Assembly: GCA_013265495.1 (NCBI GenBank)
Contig: MU058241.1
Location: 1 to 64,000, forward strand
DNA length: 64,000 nucleotides
Direction: 5' to 3'
DNA from: Vicugna vicugna
Taxonomy: Eukaryota
Notes under the pieces: generated by a model
What the model saw: the letters and a program-made list of their open reading frames with translations, nothing else
Database searches by the model: none
What the model was told of the DNA's origin: nothing
In this document: positions 1 to 13,120 of the stretch, one piece after another
Layout of the letters: every line of letters starts with the position of its first letter
Numbering within the stretch: position 1 is the first letter of the stretch
Translations under genes and position numbers: made by a program

Positions 1-845
1 CTTCCCCTCAGGGTTCATTGACAGTCCTACTCAAGGCCCAAAGCTCAGGTTCAGGTGTCAATCTAGGGATGTGACCCTGGCAACTGAGGAAGAACCACGT
101 GAATGAAGCTACAGAGGTCAAAAGCAGGACAGGCCACTCGGGTTTCAGCGGCACAGGGAGTCACAAAGAAATCCCCTCCCTGCAGATTAAACTCTCCAGC
201 ACACAAAGGAGAACTGATTCCACAGGAGGGCCCTTCCTCCCCACTCGCCGGGGCCACTTTCTCCACATTGCCCCTCTTTGCACTGTCCCCCACCCTGGCC
301 TGTTTCTTCTGTGCTCCCTTGCCTCTGTGTGGCACAGTACTCGCAGCTTACAGCAAAGAAGTGTTACCATGTGCAGTAACAAAACAGCGAGAGATAGCTG
401 TGTAGACAATGGTTTTTTAGGAGACAAAGTCCTGATGGTTTTTTAACGTGACCGGCAAGTTCAGTCATCCCCTGCTTAGCGTAAGCAATGAGCCAAGTCT
501 GCAAAGCTCACGGCAAAATCACGGAGCATTAGGAAGCACTCAGTGACCACCTGGATGTGCTCTTTCCTGAGCTGCATGTATGAATGGAGAAACAGCTCAT
601 ATTACTCTGGAGTCCAGGTTTCTCATAGTTCCCAAGCAATATTCCCGAGAGCAGCACAGAGACGGGATACCCTCGCGGGAGCAAGTGCGCCGTACAATTC
701 CATTCCCCAGGCATGGGAACCACCCACGTCAGTTTCATCAAAGGGGACAAGGGTGACTGGAGGCACCAAGGTTTTCAAAATTTACCCACCCTTCACTAGT
801 CAGAATGCTGCTTTATGAGTGTGCCCTTAACGATCTGGATCTTTA

Positions 846-989
846 GTTGTTATTGTTATTTTGCTTGTTTTGGGGTTTTTTTGGGGGGGTAGGTAATTAG
901 GTTTACTTATTTATGTATTCTTAAAGGAGGTACTGGGGACCTCACGCATGCTAAGCATGTGCTCCACCCCTTGAGCTATACCCTCCCCC
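846..989 (-). mobile_element. tRNA-derived SINE (camelid Vic-1-like), B box deleted
   Basis: Reverse complement of a GGGGAGGGTATAGCTCA... head with A-rich tail; TSD ctggatcttta at 835-845 and 990-1000. Confidence 0.9.
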
Positions 990-1436
990 CTGGATCTTTA
1001 TGTCTACGCTGACCCTTGAGAAAGTGGGTGGCTGGACTTATGCTTCATTTTGCCTCCTGTATCTGTTCCTCTAAGCCCGCAGCATCTTCAGCTGCGCCCC
1101 GTCCTCATGTCTCACTGTCTCTTGGTTTTTTGTTTTTACTTTTTGTTTGGGGGAGAAGAAGGGGCGACGCAGGGGGAGAAAAGGAGACACATAAATACGG
1201 AGAAGACAGAGCCCCACTTCCTCTGACATCAGCCACGTTCTGCCCGCTTGCTGTGGACGTCCGGTTCCTAACTGTGGCGGAGAGAACTTAACACGTCTTC
1301 AGAACAGGTCGCTCTGAAATGGCTCTCTCCACATGCAGTTACACCATGTCCACGCACAACAAGGAGCTTTCACCACACTGATCACGTGAAGTGTTTTCAT
1401 GGCACGTTTCAAAATCTGACAGCAGTTCCAAACCCT

Positions 1437-1660
1437 TTTTAAAACAGCTTTATCGAGATATAAATCACACACCACACAATTCATCCGTCGGAAGTGTACG
1501 ACTCAACTGCCCTCAGTATATTCACAGAGCTGTGCGACCACCATTAGCACAAGCAGCCTGAGAAGATTTTCATGATCCCGGGAAGCCCTGGACCTGCTTC
1601 AGCAATCAGCAGCCATGCAACCCCAACCTTCAGTCCCGGGCAACCACTCATTTACTTTCC
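1437..1660 (-). mobile_element. Ancient L1M (L1MB-like) 3' end fragment
   Basis: cagctttatcgagatataaatcacac...ttcacagagctgtgcgaccacc...ggcaaccactcatttactttc resembles an antisense L1M 3' terminus. Confidence 0.7.
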
Positions 1661-2689
1661 ACCAATCAAACCCTTCTTTGTTCAGCCCCCAAGCTCTATA
1701 AATGTTTGACAGGCCCTGGTATCAATGACCTTCACAACTAACTTCCAAGTCTTATCTCATGGTACAAGCCAGTACAGCAGCCAGCCTCCGGTTTCTACAA
1801 GTCACCACGGCTTCTGCAATTACACTCCACGCCCTACTCACAGGAGCCTCTCGATTCCTGGACCGAGAGCTACTATACTGAGTTCCTGCCCAGCTCGTGG
1901 CCGAAGCCCTGGGTGGGGGACGCGCCATTACGTGGATCTTGGGAGACAGTGTGGCATCTCCTCAGAGTCACGCAACTCTGGTGTCTGGTGACTATCATTA
2001 ACCATTTCCCATCTCATCACCTTCACGGCAAGAGAGGTGGGAAAGAAAAGCCATTCTTAAAAAAGAAAAGAAAAGAAAAGCCATTCTGCCACATTCCGTG
2101 GGATGGGAGATTCACGTCCACTGTAAGGTTAGTTTACTCTTCCACCCTCCTAGCCAGATAAGTGGCAAACGACCCAAGTGGAAGAGAAGAAATTTCAATG
2201 TGAGATCTCAGTGGGGTGGATAATATGAAACACAATACTGGAAGAAGAGGTTGTTTCCTCCATGTACAAAGTAAGGGCCATGGGGACTGATTAAGTAACT
2301 GAACCCCGGACCAGTGATTCCGGGTCGTGATAGCTGGGTTTCTTCCTCCCCACTGCATTCTCCATCAGTCTACCTGGAGCTGGAAGGGGAAACAGTTTGT
2401 CTTACTTCAGCACAGAAACAAAAGCAGCATGCTCCACACATGGCCTGGACCCTACACGTGTCTGGATTTTAACCCACAAAGCACTCCTGCTTTTTCAAGG
2501 AGGGCTGCCCCTGCTGCATCCACTTCAGCCCCCAACAAGGTCAAGGTGACCCTTACAAGGGCTTGTTTATAGTCCCAACTCATTCTGTCCGCTTCTGCTC
2601 AATTTATGCTCCATTTAAGTTTTGCAAGAGAAGATATGACCTATGTTTATCTTTAAACTGTAGCTCACATATGAGTACATGCAAAAACC

Positions 2690-2880
2690 GGCGAACTCCC
2701 AGTAAAGACTGTGGACGAGGTCACTGTATTGCGCCATATCGATTTCCTGGTTTTGCTGTTGCTCTAAGGTTATGTAAGATGCCGCCGTTGGAGGAAGCTA
2801 GACCTCTTGGCACTATTTCTGCAACTTCTTGTGGTCTATAATTAACCAAAATAAACCATTTCAAATAAAAATTAACTACA
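2690..2880 (+). mobile_element. Ancient L1MC-like 3' UTR fragment
   Basis: gatttcctggttttg...gttatgtaagatg...ctatttctgcaacttcttgtggtctataatt, followed by an A-rich end. Confidence 0.55.
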
Positions 2881-4432
2881 TAAATTAAAAACATTTTTTT
2901 TTTAACACAGTCTCTGTTACGGATGCTCTGGAGGACTAAAAATGGCGAAGCAAAGGACACGAATGAACCCTGTGAAGGTCTTCCCAGTCGATAAAAACTC
3001 ATTGCCACAAACACAGGCAGTGAACCAGGAAAAAAAGTCTTTTCCTGTAACTAGCAAGAAAAAAGGTCTCCTATTGCAGTAAAATGTAGTACCCTGCCAA
3101 CACTAGAAATGAACAATCTGAAAATGAAATTAAGAAAATACCATTCACAAAAGCACCAGAAGAATACATCCAAAACCCCAAAATACAACCACAAAGAAGT
3201 GTCATTATTGCAGCCCAGCCTCCCATTAGCCTGATGTTCCTATGATCCCGAACCTTCCTTCACCTCCCTCTCTGATGAGGGTCTGCAGGAAATCAGCTGC
3301 TCTTCCATCCGCATCATGGCTAACAGATGACACCAGGGCCACGTCCACTTGTTACAACGCAGGATACTAAAAATGAGGGATCATTAAGACACACACACCC
3401 ATTCAATCAATCACCCACCTATTCTCTCTATCAAATATGTATCAAGCAAGAGAGGAAAGCGGCTGCTGGCAGCGGGGAGGCGGCCTGGCACTCACAGCCA
3501 AGCCGTGGCGTTCTCCTGTTGGATAGTGAACAATTTCAGAGACCACCAATCTCAGACAAGGCTCCGATTCCTTAAACCCTGCCCCAAATCTTTTAAGGTC
3601 TTCGGAGCACCCTCTGACTGGGATGGCCCACGGTCCCCTCACTGCAGCAAATCAACAAACCCAACCTTGTCCAACCACAGGTGTGTGTTCCTGGTGACTA
3701 CTGGCTGAAAGACATGGTCCGGTCCCAGGGATGCAGGAGAGGGCAAATGCCTTCTAAAGCATGTGTCTCGCCTGAAACAGGAAAGACCAACTTGCTTACA
3801 GAACTTATCCATGTGAACTGCAAATAAGAACTTTCAATTTTTAAAAACTGACTCTACCACCACTGGAGGCCACCCATCCTTTATTAGCTGGGTTCTTTTA
3901 ATGAAATGCATGTATTTGGTTTTAAGACCAAGTTGAGAAATTATTTACTTTATACACTGTGATTCTAGGGCGTGATAGCTGGGTTTCTTCCTCCCCATTT
4001 ATACACTGGCTGACCAAACAGTACTGAATATTCCCATCACTTCAGAAGCTGTAATTGTACGTTTGTGTTTTCTGAAAACATCTGTTGAGTAATGGACATG
4101 TAGTCCAGGATTTCAGCGTCCAGCACCCACAAGACCTGAAGGAAAAGGAGCTGCCCAGAAGAGCTCGTTTTCATGGATTAAAACACCCTCAAATACATAT
4201 GCACAGGCAACATCTACTCATAATCCCAACAATTTTTTTTAACACCCTGGTTCCCTTTCTACCATAATTTTGGGGAGAGGGCCATCCTGACTATCAAGAA
4301 TCATCAGTGAGTCGTGATAATGGGACTGCCTTCCATAGAGGGTCAAATCATGTTTCACATGAGGTACAGTGAACTTTTCTCAACAAGCAAATGAAGACAC
4401 AGATGTTATCCTCATCTGAAGCATCACTATAC

Positions 4433-4485
4433 CTTGAAAAGATTCTATTAAGTTGAACCATCACATGGACTTGACAACTTTTGAC
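4433..4485 (-). other. Candidate 53-nt non-coding (5' UTR) internal exon
   Basis: Minus strand reads catttcag|GTCAAAAG...TTTTCAAG|gtatag in sequence with no obvious repeat. The polypyrimidine tract and donor are only moderate. Confidence 0.25.
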
Positions 4486-4974
4486 CTGAAATGGTGATGT
4501 TGTTCTGCTCAAACGAGTATGTGTGCAAAATAATTTTTTAATATGTAAAACTGAAGTCAAAATTTTTGGTTTACAACCGTGACAGCATGGAGGTGCCAAG
4601 TGCATATCTCCTTTCAAGAAAGAACACACCTGCCCCTCCTCCGTGGCTGTTCCTGCCAGCAGCTCCGGGACTGAGCAAGGCATCTCTCCCTCCAGCAAAC
4701 AGGCAAGCTCTGTCCACAGCTCCCGGGTTGGCCAGCTCAAATTTTATCAAACACACTTCGAGGTATTGAGGCTTTCCTTACTCCATCCTGTCCCCCGTGT
4801 CTCTCTCACAACCTCTCTTCCCCCATTAAGACACTTGACCCTCTCCCTCCATCTCCAGAGGGCCTGGAGGACACCATTATGATAATGCTGCCTATATTCA
4901 GTTTATAAAATCCCTGAAAACTGAAATATGTGTGTGTATCTGATGCACAGGGACACATACTGTGTACACGCATA

Positions 4975-5508
4975 CAGTCAGCCCTCATGACTTGGGGATT
5001 CCATATCTATCTGAAGGACCCTCACTCGGAGTGGAGGGATGGAGTTACTGGTGCACATGTTCCCAGCTGAGGTGGAACGAGGCTGCACGCTGCCTTCCTG
5101 TTTCAGTTCCCAGACAGTGAACAAGTGTTCCTCCTAGGGTCCTTTTGGCGCCGTTTTTCACATTTCTGCACTTTTCGTTGGTAACGTTCCAGCCTGGAAT
5201 GGCCCTGAGCACGATGATGCCCAAGAAGGCAGAGCTGTGCCCCAGGGAGAGAGGCGTGTGTTGGAGAAGTCTGGTTCAGGCAGGAGCTACCAGGCTGTGA
5301 CCGCAAGTTGAATGTGGATGGAGCCACAGTACCTACACAGATACGGTGTCTTTAAACACACGCAAAACAAAGCTAAGCAGCGATTGGCTGATGAAAAAGT
5401 TGTGACCTGGGCTCCCAGGAACTTAACTCTGTATTTATTTCCCTGAGAAGCAAAGCATCAGTAAGTCTCAGCGACTTTACGTTTACCGTAAATACCGAAA
5501 ATCAACCA
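4975..5508. mobile_element. TcMar-Tigger non-autonomous DNA transposon (MER82-like)
   Basis: Starts ta-cagtcagccctc; internal gttcccagctgaggtggaacgagg...tgtttcag...aacaagtgt...ggtgtctttaaaca...caggaacttaactctgtattt is typical of this family. Confidence 0.65.
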
Positions 5509-8199
5509 AATACGTACGCTAGATAAAGATGTACCATCATGAGTCTCCACTTGACCTAAAGAAACCCCTAAACCCAGCCTGTGTCTTCCTATCCCATACA
5601 GTCCCCGTGCGGAACGACACGTCCCCATCGCCACCCCCTACCCCGTGCTCACCTCATTCGTCCCCCTCCTTTCCCATCCCACACCTTCGGCAACAGGGCA
5701 ACGCTCTCTGACTCTACTCGCGGCCCCTCTGCCCACAGCCCTTCTGCGCAGGTGAAGCCTGGTTCCAATGAACACCAAGGGCAGGCAGCTCCAGACGGAA
5801 AGGCAGGAGCCAGAGAGAACGAACGGCAGACGAAGGGAGGCAGAGACAAACCTTTCCCCTCGGCCGTCCCAGTGGCCCTCCAGCCCCTCTCAGGAGCTCT
5901 TAGAGAAGCCCTGGGTCCAGGCTCCGCTTGGGAAGTGGGAAACGGATGGCCAAAATGCAATACTCAGGGTAAGGAGCAAATGCTGGTTATAAAACACGGT
6001 GTGTGAACTCTTTCTTCCTATTTTATAACTCCCCTAATAACAGGTGTAAAAACCTTCTCCAAAAAACCAAACAAAGCAGAAAACAAGGGCTGAAGGTAGA
6101 AAGTCCTTCTGTGATAAAAGCCATCCTAACAGTGAGCCAGGTTATCACGTCTGCTTTCCTGGAGAACTGATCTCACCTACATTCTGAAAGGACCACACAT
6201 GGCAACCAGGAAGGAATCTTCTCAAAAGGCATCAAAGTCTATTTAAACAAACTGTCCAGAGATGACCAATTTTCAATGAAGATTCTCAAGCTAAATATTT
6301 TAATAATACAAAAAATTTAACTATGGGTTTTTTTGTTGGTTTTGCTTTTTGTTTCTTTCTTTTGGTTTTACGCTGAATAGTCTACGGCTTGATTCTCCGA
6401 AGATTTTTTCAGGAAGAAAAAAAAAAGTCCTCTCATATGTGATGCTTGTCACCATGGTACAAGCTTGTGCATCTTCCAAAGAAACCTAAGATGAGGGAGA
6501 TAAAGGTAACTGTACTCCTTACTTTTATTCAGACTGAGTGTCTGAACCCGATTTTCTCCAACAGGGTCCAAACTGGCCACTAATGAGGTCACATGCCCCT
6601 GGCTAGATAATCAGGAAATGCTCTCAGACCTCCTTCTAAGTCAACCCTACAGAATGGAATCTGCTGGAAGACGGGCCTTTCCTGGTTCCTATTCAAGGCA
6701 GTTTAGTCATTAAACATTCCAGAGAACATGATTATTACAGAGTGTTCCCTAGAAGGTGACAAGAGAAGATTCTAAAGGCAGCTTTTCAGCCACTGGGTTT
6801 TGCCATATGCAATTCTCACCACTGTGAGTGACAAGAGTAGTTCCAGTAAATCAAATCAGGGGCTCTGGGCAGTCTTGAAAATGGATGAATCACCTCACAT
6901 GCTAGAACGACCCCTGGAGAGCATGCGGCCCACGCCATCGGCTGACAGAAGAAACAGAAGGATGATTCCGTTCTCCTGAGGCCAGAGTCACACGGGTGGT
7001 CAATGATAGCATTAGGCCCAAAATTCAACAATTCTGCTCCTATTCAAGGGCGCTTTCCAGGGAAACATCAGGCTTGGTATTCAACAACAACAAAAATTAC
7101 ATGGGTCTTTGGTTTAATCCAGGAAGTCACGGATAATGTCAGGAACTGACTTGTACTGGCTCAAATTACCCTGTTTTCCAAGCAGGGGAATGCATTTATC
7201 TCTAAAAGTCTTCACTTCCCATTACACACGTTCCAGAGATGGACCACAAGGGCAGGTACCCTGTAAGAACTGAGAGCTCGCAGGAAAATCGGGGCAAATC
7301 ACCACTGATCAGTGACACGGGCTTCAAAGGAATCTGGAGACACCAGTTCCCAGGTCTGTAAAACACGGCAAAGCAAGTAGAGAAATAGCACCTCCACCGA
7401 ACACAGAGAGTTCCTAGAGTATTCCGGAAAGTTGAGTTGAGACACTGGCCCGTGGCATTGATAGGAAGGAGGATGGAGTAAATGAGCACCGGGATGTCCC
7501 TCCATCACACAGTCTGAGGCATGGGCTATGACACAGCCAGCCCACGGCCAGGAGTTCACTATTTGTCCTTGAAAGCACGTCTTCCAACATGCTCCCTGCA
7601 TTCCGAGTGGCTTCATCATTCCATTCCTTTCTCCCCTTCACACTCGCCCTCACTCACTCCAAGCTCGACACGTGACGGTAACACAGGTCCTTCTCCGCTG
7701 CGTGGCAGGAATCGTGCCCAGAGCGCCTTGATATGGGCACACCAGGCAGAAAGAGAAGTTCGTGTCCTCCTCAGTGCCTTTCACATAACTTCTTCAGCAC
7801 AGGTGAAGCTCCAGGTGACTCGAGGGGGCTCACGTCTGACGAGGTGGGGGTTCCCTCCCCCAAACCCGATTTGGGTTTCCTAACTGCTAAATTTCAAGAG
7901 GTGGGTTCATGTAATGTAGATTGTGTTTTAGACAAAAGCACAGTTGGAAAAACTACCCAGATTGGTGGCCTCACAACATGTGAAATTACTACACTTGCAC
8001 CTGGAAATGTGGCAGCTCAGGGCCTTTCTCATTTTGCAAGGAAGTCACGCCCATCCCCTAATTTAGTTCACAGATTTCTATTTCCCCCTCCTCTCTCACT
8101 ATGTGTGACTTTCTAGGTCATCTGCATCGTCAGACACACCAACTTGGTGTCCTCACAGCCAAGGAGGTGAGAAGCGAGGCAAAAAGCTGGTAAAGAAAT

Positions 8200-8560
8200 G
8201 ATGCCCCAGAGACAGGACAGCTGGAGGTGGCCGGAGGGGGTGATGACATGGGTGAAGAATGACAAAGGTGTAAACTTCCAGCCAGAAAGCGAATAAGTAA
8301 GTGCTGCGGATACCACGGAACACAAGGCGACTACAGTTAACAATGCTGCAGCATATCTTTGAACGTCGCTAAGACAGTAAATCTTAAAACTTCTCATCAC
8401 AAGGGGAAAAAAAAGTGTAACTACATGGGGTGAGCGATGTTAACTTATTGGGATCATTTCACAATGTTTACATATAACTACGCTACACACCATAAACTAA
8501 TGCCGTGTTATATGCCAATTACATCTCAGTTTTTAAAAAATGAAATTAAAATAAAAAAGA
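8200..8560 (+). mobile_element. L1MA-type 3' UTR fragment
   Basis: gactacagttaacaat...gctaagacagtaaatcttaaaacttctcatcacaag...gatcatttcacaatgt...tatgccaattacatctca plus an A-rich tail. Confidence 0.75.
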
Positions 8561-8724
8561 ACAGCTGGACTGCCTCTGTGGGCCCTGACCCTCTCCCTAC
8601 CTCCTGTAAGCCAGTAAATTCTTTTCTCACACAGGGAATCGAGAAGAACAAAAGCCTGGCTCTCACAACCACTGCACCAAAGACACATTCAAGGAAAACC
8701 ATTTTGATTAAACATAGCATAATC

Positions 8725-8805
8725 AAAAAAAGAAAAGAAAAGTAAGGAAAGGAAAGGAAAGGAAAAGAAAAGTAAGGAAAGGAAAGGAAAGGAAAGGAAA
8801 GGAAA
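8725..8805 (+). repeat. (GAAAA/GGAAA)n pentanucleotide microsatellite
   Basis: Directly visible purine-rich pentamer array. Confidence 0.95.
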
Positions 8806-9837
8806 GTTATTTCTATAACTTGCTAGCAGCCCCAAGAGGTGGTACCTGGCTGAGCTGATGAGAGCAAATTCCAGGTGTCACAGGATCCTCCAGAGCAAAT
8901 GCTTCCCCAGACAGGTTTTTAAGAGAAAATCTCTACTTGCCTGCTGTGCGCAATAAAGGTGGGAACAGAGAAGCTTTCACTTGCTCACCGCACAGCACTT
9001 TGGTTGTCCCGCCAGCAAGTGATGTACCCTGATTTTTTTTCCATAGCTCCAATATCTCAATCACCAAAATAAACGGCGCGTGCGTAGAGGAGGAATGAGG
9101 CTGTCAGCCTCTCAGTGACACAGCTCCCTTCCTCTGATGGGGTCAAAGCTTTCTTTTCGCCACATAGCAACCGAGCATCAACACTAACCATCAGCCCCAA
9201 AGACAGCAAAGAGAATTTATAGTATGATATAAAAGGCTGGTACATGGAAACTAGATAAATGACCCTTAACCACACAGCACAACGCACATTGCAATGGATA
9301 CCATTAGCAACTGAGCCGTAATTACCCAGTGCTCGCTATGGCGTGGAGCAGAAAGGAAATCTAAGGCATGATCTTTGCTATGGAGCACTTGCAGTCTTGC
9401 TGGTGAGGAAAAAGAAAACACAAGCGTAACAGAAATAGTTGGCAAAAGGCCACCTGGAGGAAAAAAAATACTAAGCTCAAAATGGAAATGTCCTAATAAA
9501 AAACAGATTTTTCAACACCAAATAAATGGCCTATTTATTAGGTTGTGCGTAAGTAAAGAATTAATAAAACTTAAAGAATTAATACAGTCCAAAGCAAATG
9601 AGAGTAAGTCACAGAAACCACAGAGATCTAGAAAAGACCCTTGGGTTTTAACCTGCCTCTGCAGTTACCTGTGAGATGGTAAATGACTCCCTTTTCCTCA
9701 GCTGGCTTTTGTGTGTTTACAGGGAAAGGGTCGCCAACTGCCCTTCTCCGTGGAGACAGGCCTGTGAGCCGTGGTCCTCAAACGCCAAGTGCAGGAGAGC
9801 CACCTGCAGACGGCCTTGTTTGCACAGGGCTCTTCTG

Positions 9838-9945
9838 CCTCAGCACACCTGGACCCAGGCCAGGCCATTCCTTGTGGGGGCTGCACTGTGTACTGCAGGG
9901 TGCTCAGCAGCATCCCTGGTCTCCACCTCTGGATGCCAGGAGCAC
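9838..9945. mobile_element. MER20-like hAT-Charlie fragment
   Basis: ttccttgtgggggctgcactgtgtactgcagggtgctcagcagcatccctggtctccacctctggatgccag; similar to the copies at 14.3 and 23.2 kb. Confidence 0.7.
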
Positions 9946-10029
9946 AAACGGCCAATATTATATAAACATACAGACCTTGTGGGCTTCAGAGGAACAAATT
10001 AAGAGACAGAAACAAAGGAAACAGGGAGC

Positions 10030-10450
10030 AGGGAGAATAACAGCCCCCAGAGGGGCCCAGGCCCTAATCTCTGGGCCCTGTGACCATGTTTCCTTATGTG
10101 GCAGAAAGGACTTTGCAGATGTGAGAAACTTAAGGATCCTGAGGTGGGAAATGATCCAGTATATGGGTAGGCCTCGTGCCATCACAGGAGCCCTTGAACA
10201 TAGGTAATCTCTGCAGGCTGTGGCCAGAGGGAGATGTGACCAAGGAGGATGGTGAGAGAGGTGACGCTGCTAGCTCTGCAGATGGAGGAAGGGGCCGGGA
10301 GCCAGGGCACGCAGGAGGCCTCCAGAAGCTGGAAAGAGCCAGGAATGGGTTTTCCCCAAGGGCTTCTGGAGAAGACGGCAGCCCTCCTGACACAGGGAGA
10401 CCCATCCCAGACTTCTGAGCCCCACAACTGTAAGATAATAAAGTTAAGCT
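10030..10450 (+). mobile_element. MaLR solo LTR (MLT1D-like)
   Basis: aggactttgcagatgtga...aaggatcctgaggtggga...gcctccagaagctggaaagagccagg...gacttctgagccccacaactgtaagataataaa. Confidence 0.8.
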
Positions 10451-11189
10451 GTGAGTCTGGGGTCATGTGTCCCAGGAATGATAGGAGACCGACACCGTCG
10501 ATTATAAGGTCAACTGGGAAAACACACACGCCCTTCAGCCTCCCCAGTAAGCCGTCTGTTGTAGGCATAAACACCACAGAAAGTTGCATCCATCGATAGT
10601 TTGACAAAAATCAGCCTCCACATTCTCCCACCTGACCCCAGGATGGTAACGATGGCCCCACACAGGCAGAAGGTTTGTAAATTCAGAAAAGTAAACAAGT
10701 CAGCGATTCTGTGTCGGTCTAAGCTGGTGTTGTGGCTTTGGGAGGCTGCAGAAAGCAGCTGAAGTCTGGCTGGTTGGAGCCCCATGACCTGAAACCTGCT
10801 TTCCACCCCCCGCCCTTGGGAAATACAGGTTTCCTGTGTCTCACCCAAGACAGGACCCTCTAAACCCCACGCAAAAATGCAGCACAAAGTGGGTCAGCGG
10901 GTGTGGCTTTAATTGACCAGAACTGTTTTTTCCTATGTCGCTCTTTAGGAGAGAAGATGGAAGAACCAAAGAGAAACAGAAGGAAGACGACAGTTTACGC
11001 CCAACTGGAAGCTGAACTGGAAAGCGTTCGTTGGAAACATTGCTCAATTCATGAACCATTTTCCATCTCAACGTAATCCAAGAAGGGCAGCTCTGGTTCA
11101 CCCATCCTGGAACATTCTCCCACCTTGAGTCCCCACCCCCAGCCCCAAGCCCTCCATGATTTACCCAGAGGCTCCACAAAACGTTTACC

Positions 11190-11520
11190 CAGAAACTGGG
11201 ATAGCACACACTACGACATGGAAGAACCTCAAAGCCAGGATGCTGAGGGAAAGAAGCTGGGCGGCCAAGGCCATGTATCATGAGATCCACTTACAGGAAA
11301 TGTCCAGAGACAAGGAAAGTACATCAGTGGTCGCCAGGGGCTGGGTGGACAGGGGAAGGGGCAGTCATGGCTTAATGGGTAAGGGGTTGCTTTTGGGGGT
11401 GATGACAAGGCTGTAGAATCAGTGATGATGGCTGCACAACTTTGTGAACATAGCAGGAAAAGTACTGAATTATACACTTTGGACAAATGAGTTGCATGGG
11501 ATGTAAGTCACATCTTGACA
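11190..11520 (+). mobile_element. Ancient L1M 3' end fragment
   Basis: acatggaagaacctcaaa...gaaatgtccaga...agtggtcgccaggggctggg...tgcacaactttgtgaa...actgaattatacacttt. Confidence 0.75.
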
Positions 11521-12444
11521 AGATGTAACAGAAGAGAAGGAGAGGAAGAAACAACTGGGACATTAGCCAACAATTACAAGTCAGTGCAAACTTTAAAACA
11601 CGTAACCATCCTGCGGAGATGAGCTGAATTAAGGAGCCTGGAATCCTGCGCCCCAGTCCCCTCCAGAGTACAGATTCTGAAACGCACGAGCACAGGTCAG
11701 TGGTGGACTGTGACCCAAGGTGGTTTGTGGAATGGACTCAGGAGCAAAGTGGGAAGACTTGGGGTTCGTGATCAGATTTAGGAAGATGTTTTTGCAAAAA
11801 GACTAGTCCTCAGTAATTTAAAGCCACTCTTTAAAATAAAAGTATGTCTCCTCAAAAATGAAGAAATAATTGTAACAAACGCACTGGCTCTGGCGGAGAA
11901 CATCTACTGATAACTTTCGTCAGCTCCAAGTTCGCCAACTCAGACTAGACTCCTGAAAAGCATACTGAAAACAAAACACGTTTACTGTCTTGGGACTGGC
12001 CACTTCTGGTGGGAGTGGTGGGGTGGAGGTTATTCCCTGTGAAAGGAAAGGCAGCCCTAAGGTTCCAGGGGACAGCATCACGGGGACCCCCGGCACAGGG
12101 CCTGGGCCCCGGCTTGCCTCACCAGGCATGGACCCTCTCCTCAGAAGGTGACCCCAGCAGGCTGCAGCAGCCAAGTGGGCACCAGTCAGATCCCGCAAGA
12201 GTCCAACTGGGTGGCATGGCCAGGTGTGGGTGACAGAGGCGTGCCCCCCCACCCTGAGCTATTCCTGGTAATTACCCCTTGATATGAGGATGCCAGAAGG
12301 ATAGATGTACACACTCAACCACACAAAAATGGGAAGCTGTGTGATTAACACCACGAGCAACATCACAAGACAAAGAACCGTCTGGGAGAGAAGTAATCTG
12401 GAAGAAGTAAGAAAGGAGTAGCAGTCATAATCTAGAAAGACCTC

Positions 12445-12620
12445 TCAGGCGGAGTGCAGACCAGCATCTTTGGCATCAGCTGGGAACTTGCTGCAAATGC
12501 AGGGTCTTGGGCCCTGCCCAGATTTACTTACTAGAAATTCTGGGGATGTGGCCTGGCGATCTGCATTTTCATCAACCCGCCACAGGCCTCTGGTGCATGA
12601 TGAAGGGTGAGAACCACTGG
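12445..12620. mobile_element. MER5A-like hAT-Charlie element
   Basis: accagcatc...ggcatcagctgggaacttgctgcaaatgcag...gggccctgcccagat...ctgcattttca...tgagaaccactg. Confidence 0.8.
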
Positions 12621-12629
12621 TAGGGCCAC

Positions 12630-13120
12630 ACAAAATATTTACAGCAGCATTTTTCATAATAACCAAAAAAAGGGGAACAACCCAAATGTCCAACCACGGT
12701 GGTGCGTCCATATCTAGTGGAATCCTACCCAGGTGTGAAAACGAGTGAATTAGTGACACAGGACACCACATGGATGACACCCCAAATCATCAGGCAGAGT
12801 GGAAGAAGCCAGGGAAAATAATGACTATGTATTGTGCGACTTCACTGATACAAAATTCTAGGACATGCAAACGAACCTACGTAGTAATAGAAAGTGGATC
12901 AATGGTTGCCTGGTGGCGGCTGGAGGGAGGCAGAGAGAGATGACGGAAAGACACGCGGAAATTTGGAAGCGATGGAAATACGTGTTATCTTGAAATGCAC
13001 GTGTCTGTGAAACCAGCACCACAATCGAGACAGCAAATGTACGAGAAAACTGACTAAAGTGCACACTTTCTATGTGCTGGGTTTACCGTACTTAAATTGT
13101 ACCTTAATAAAGTTATCAAA
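12630..13120 (+). mobile_element. Ancient L1ME/MC 3' end fragment
   Basis: acagcagcatttttcataataaccaaaa...aacaacccaaatgtcca...gaagaagccag...tggttgcctgg...ttgtaccttaataaagtt. Confidence 0.7.
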
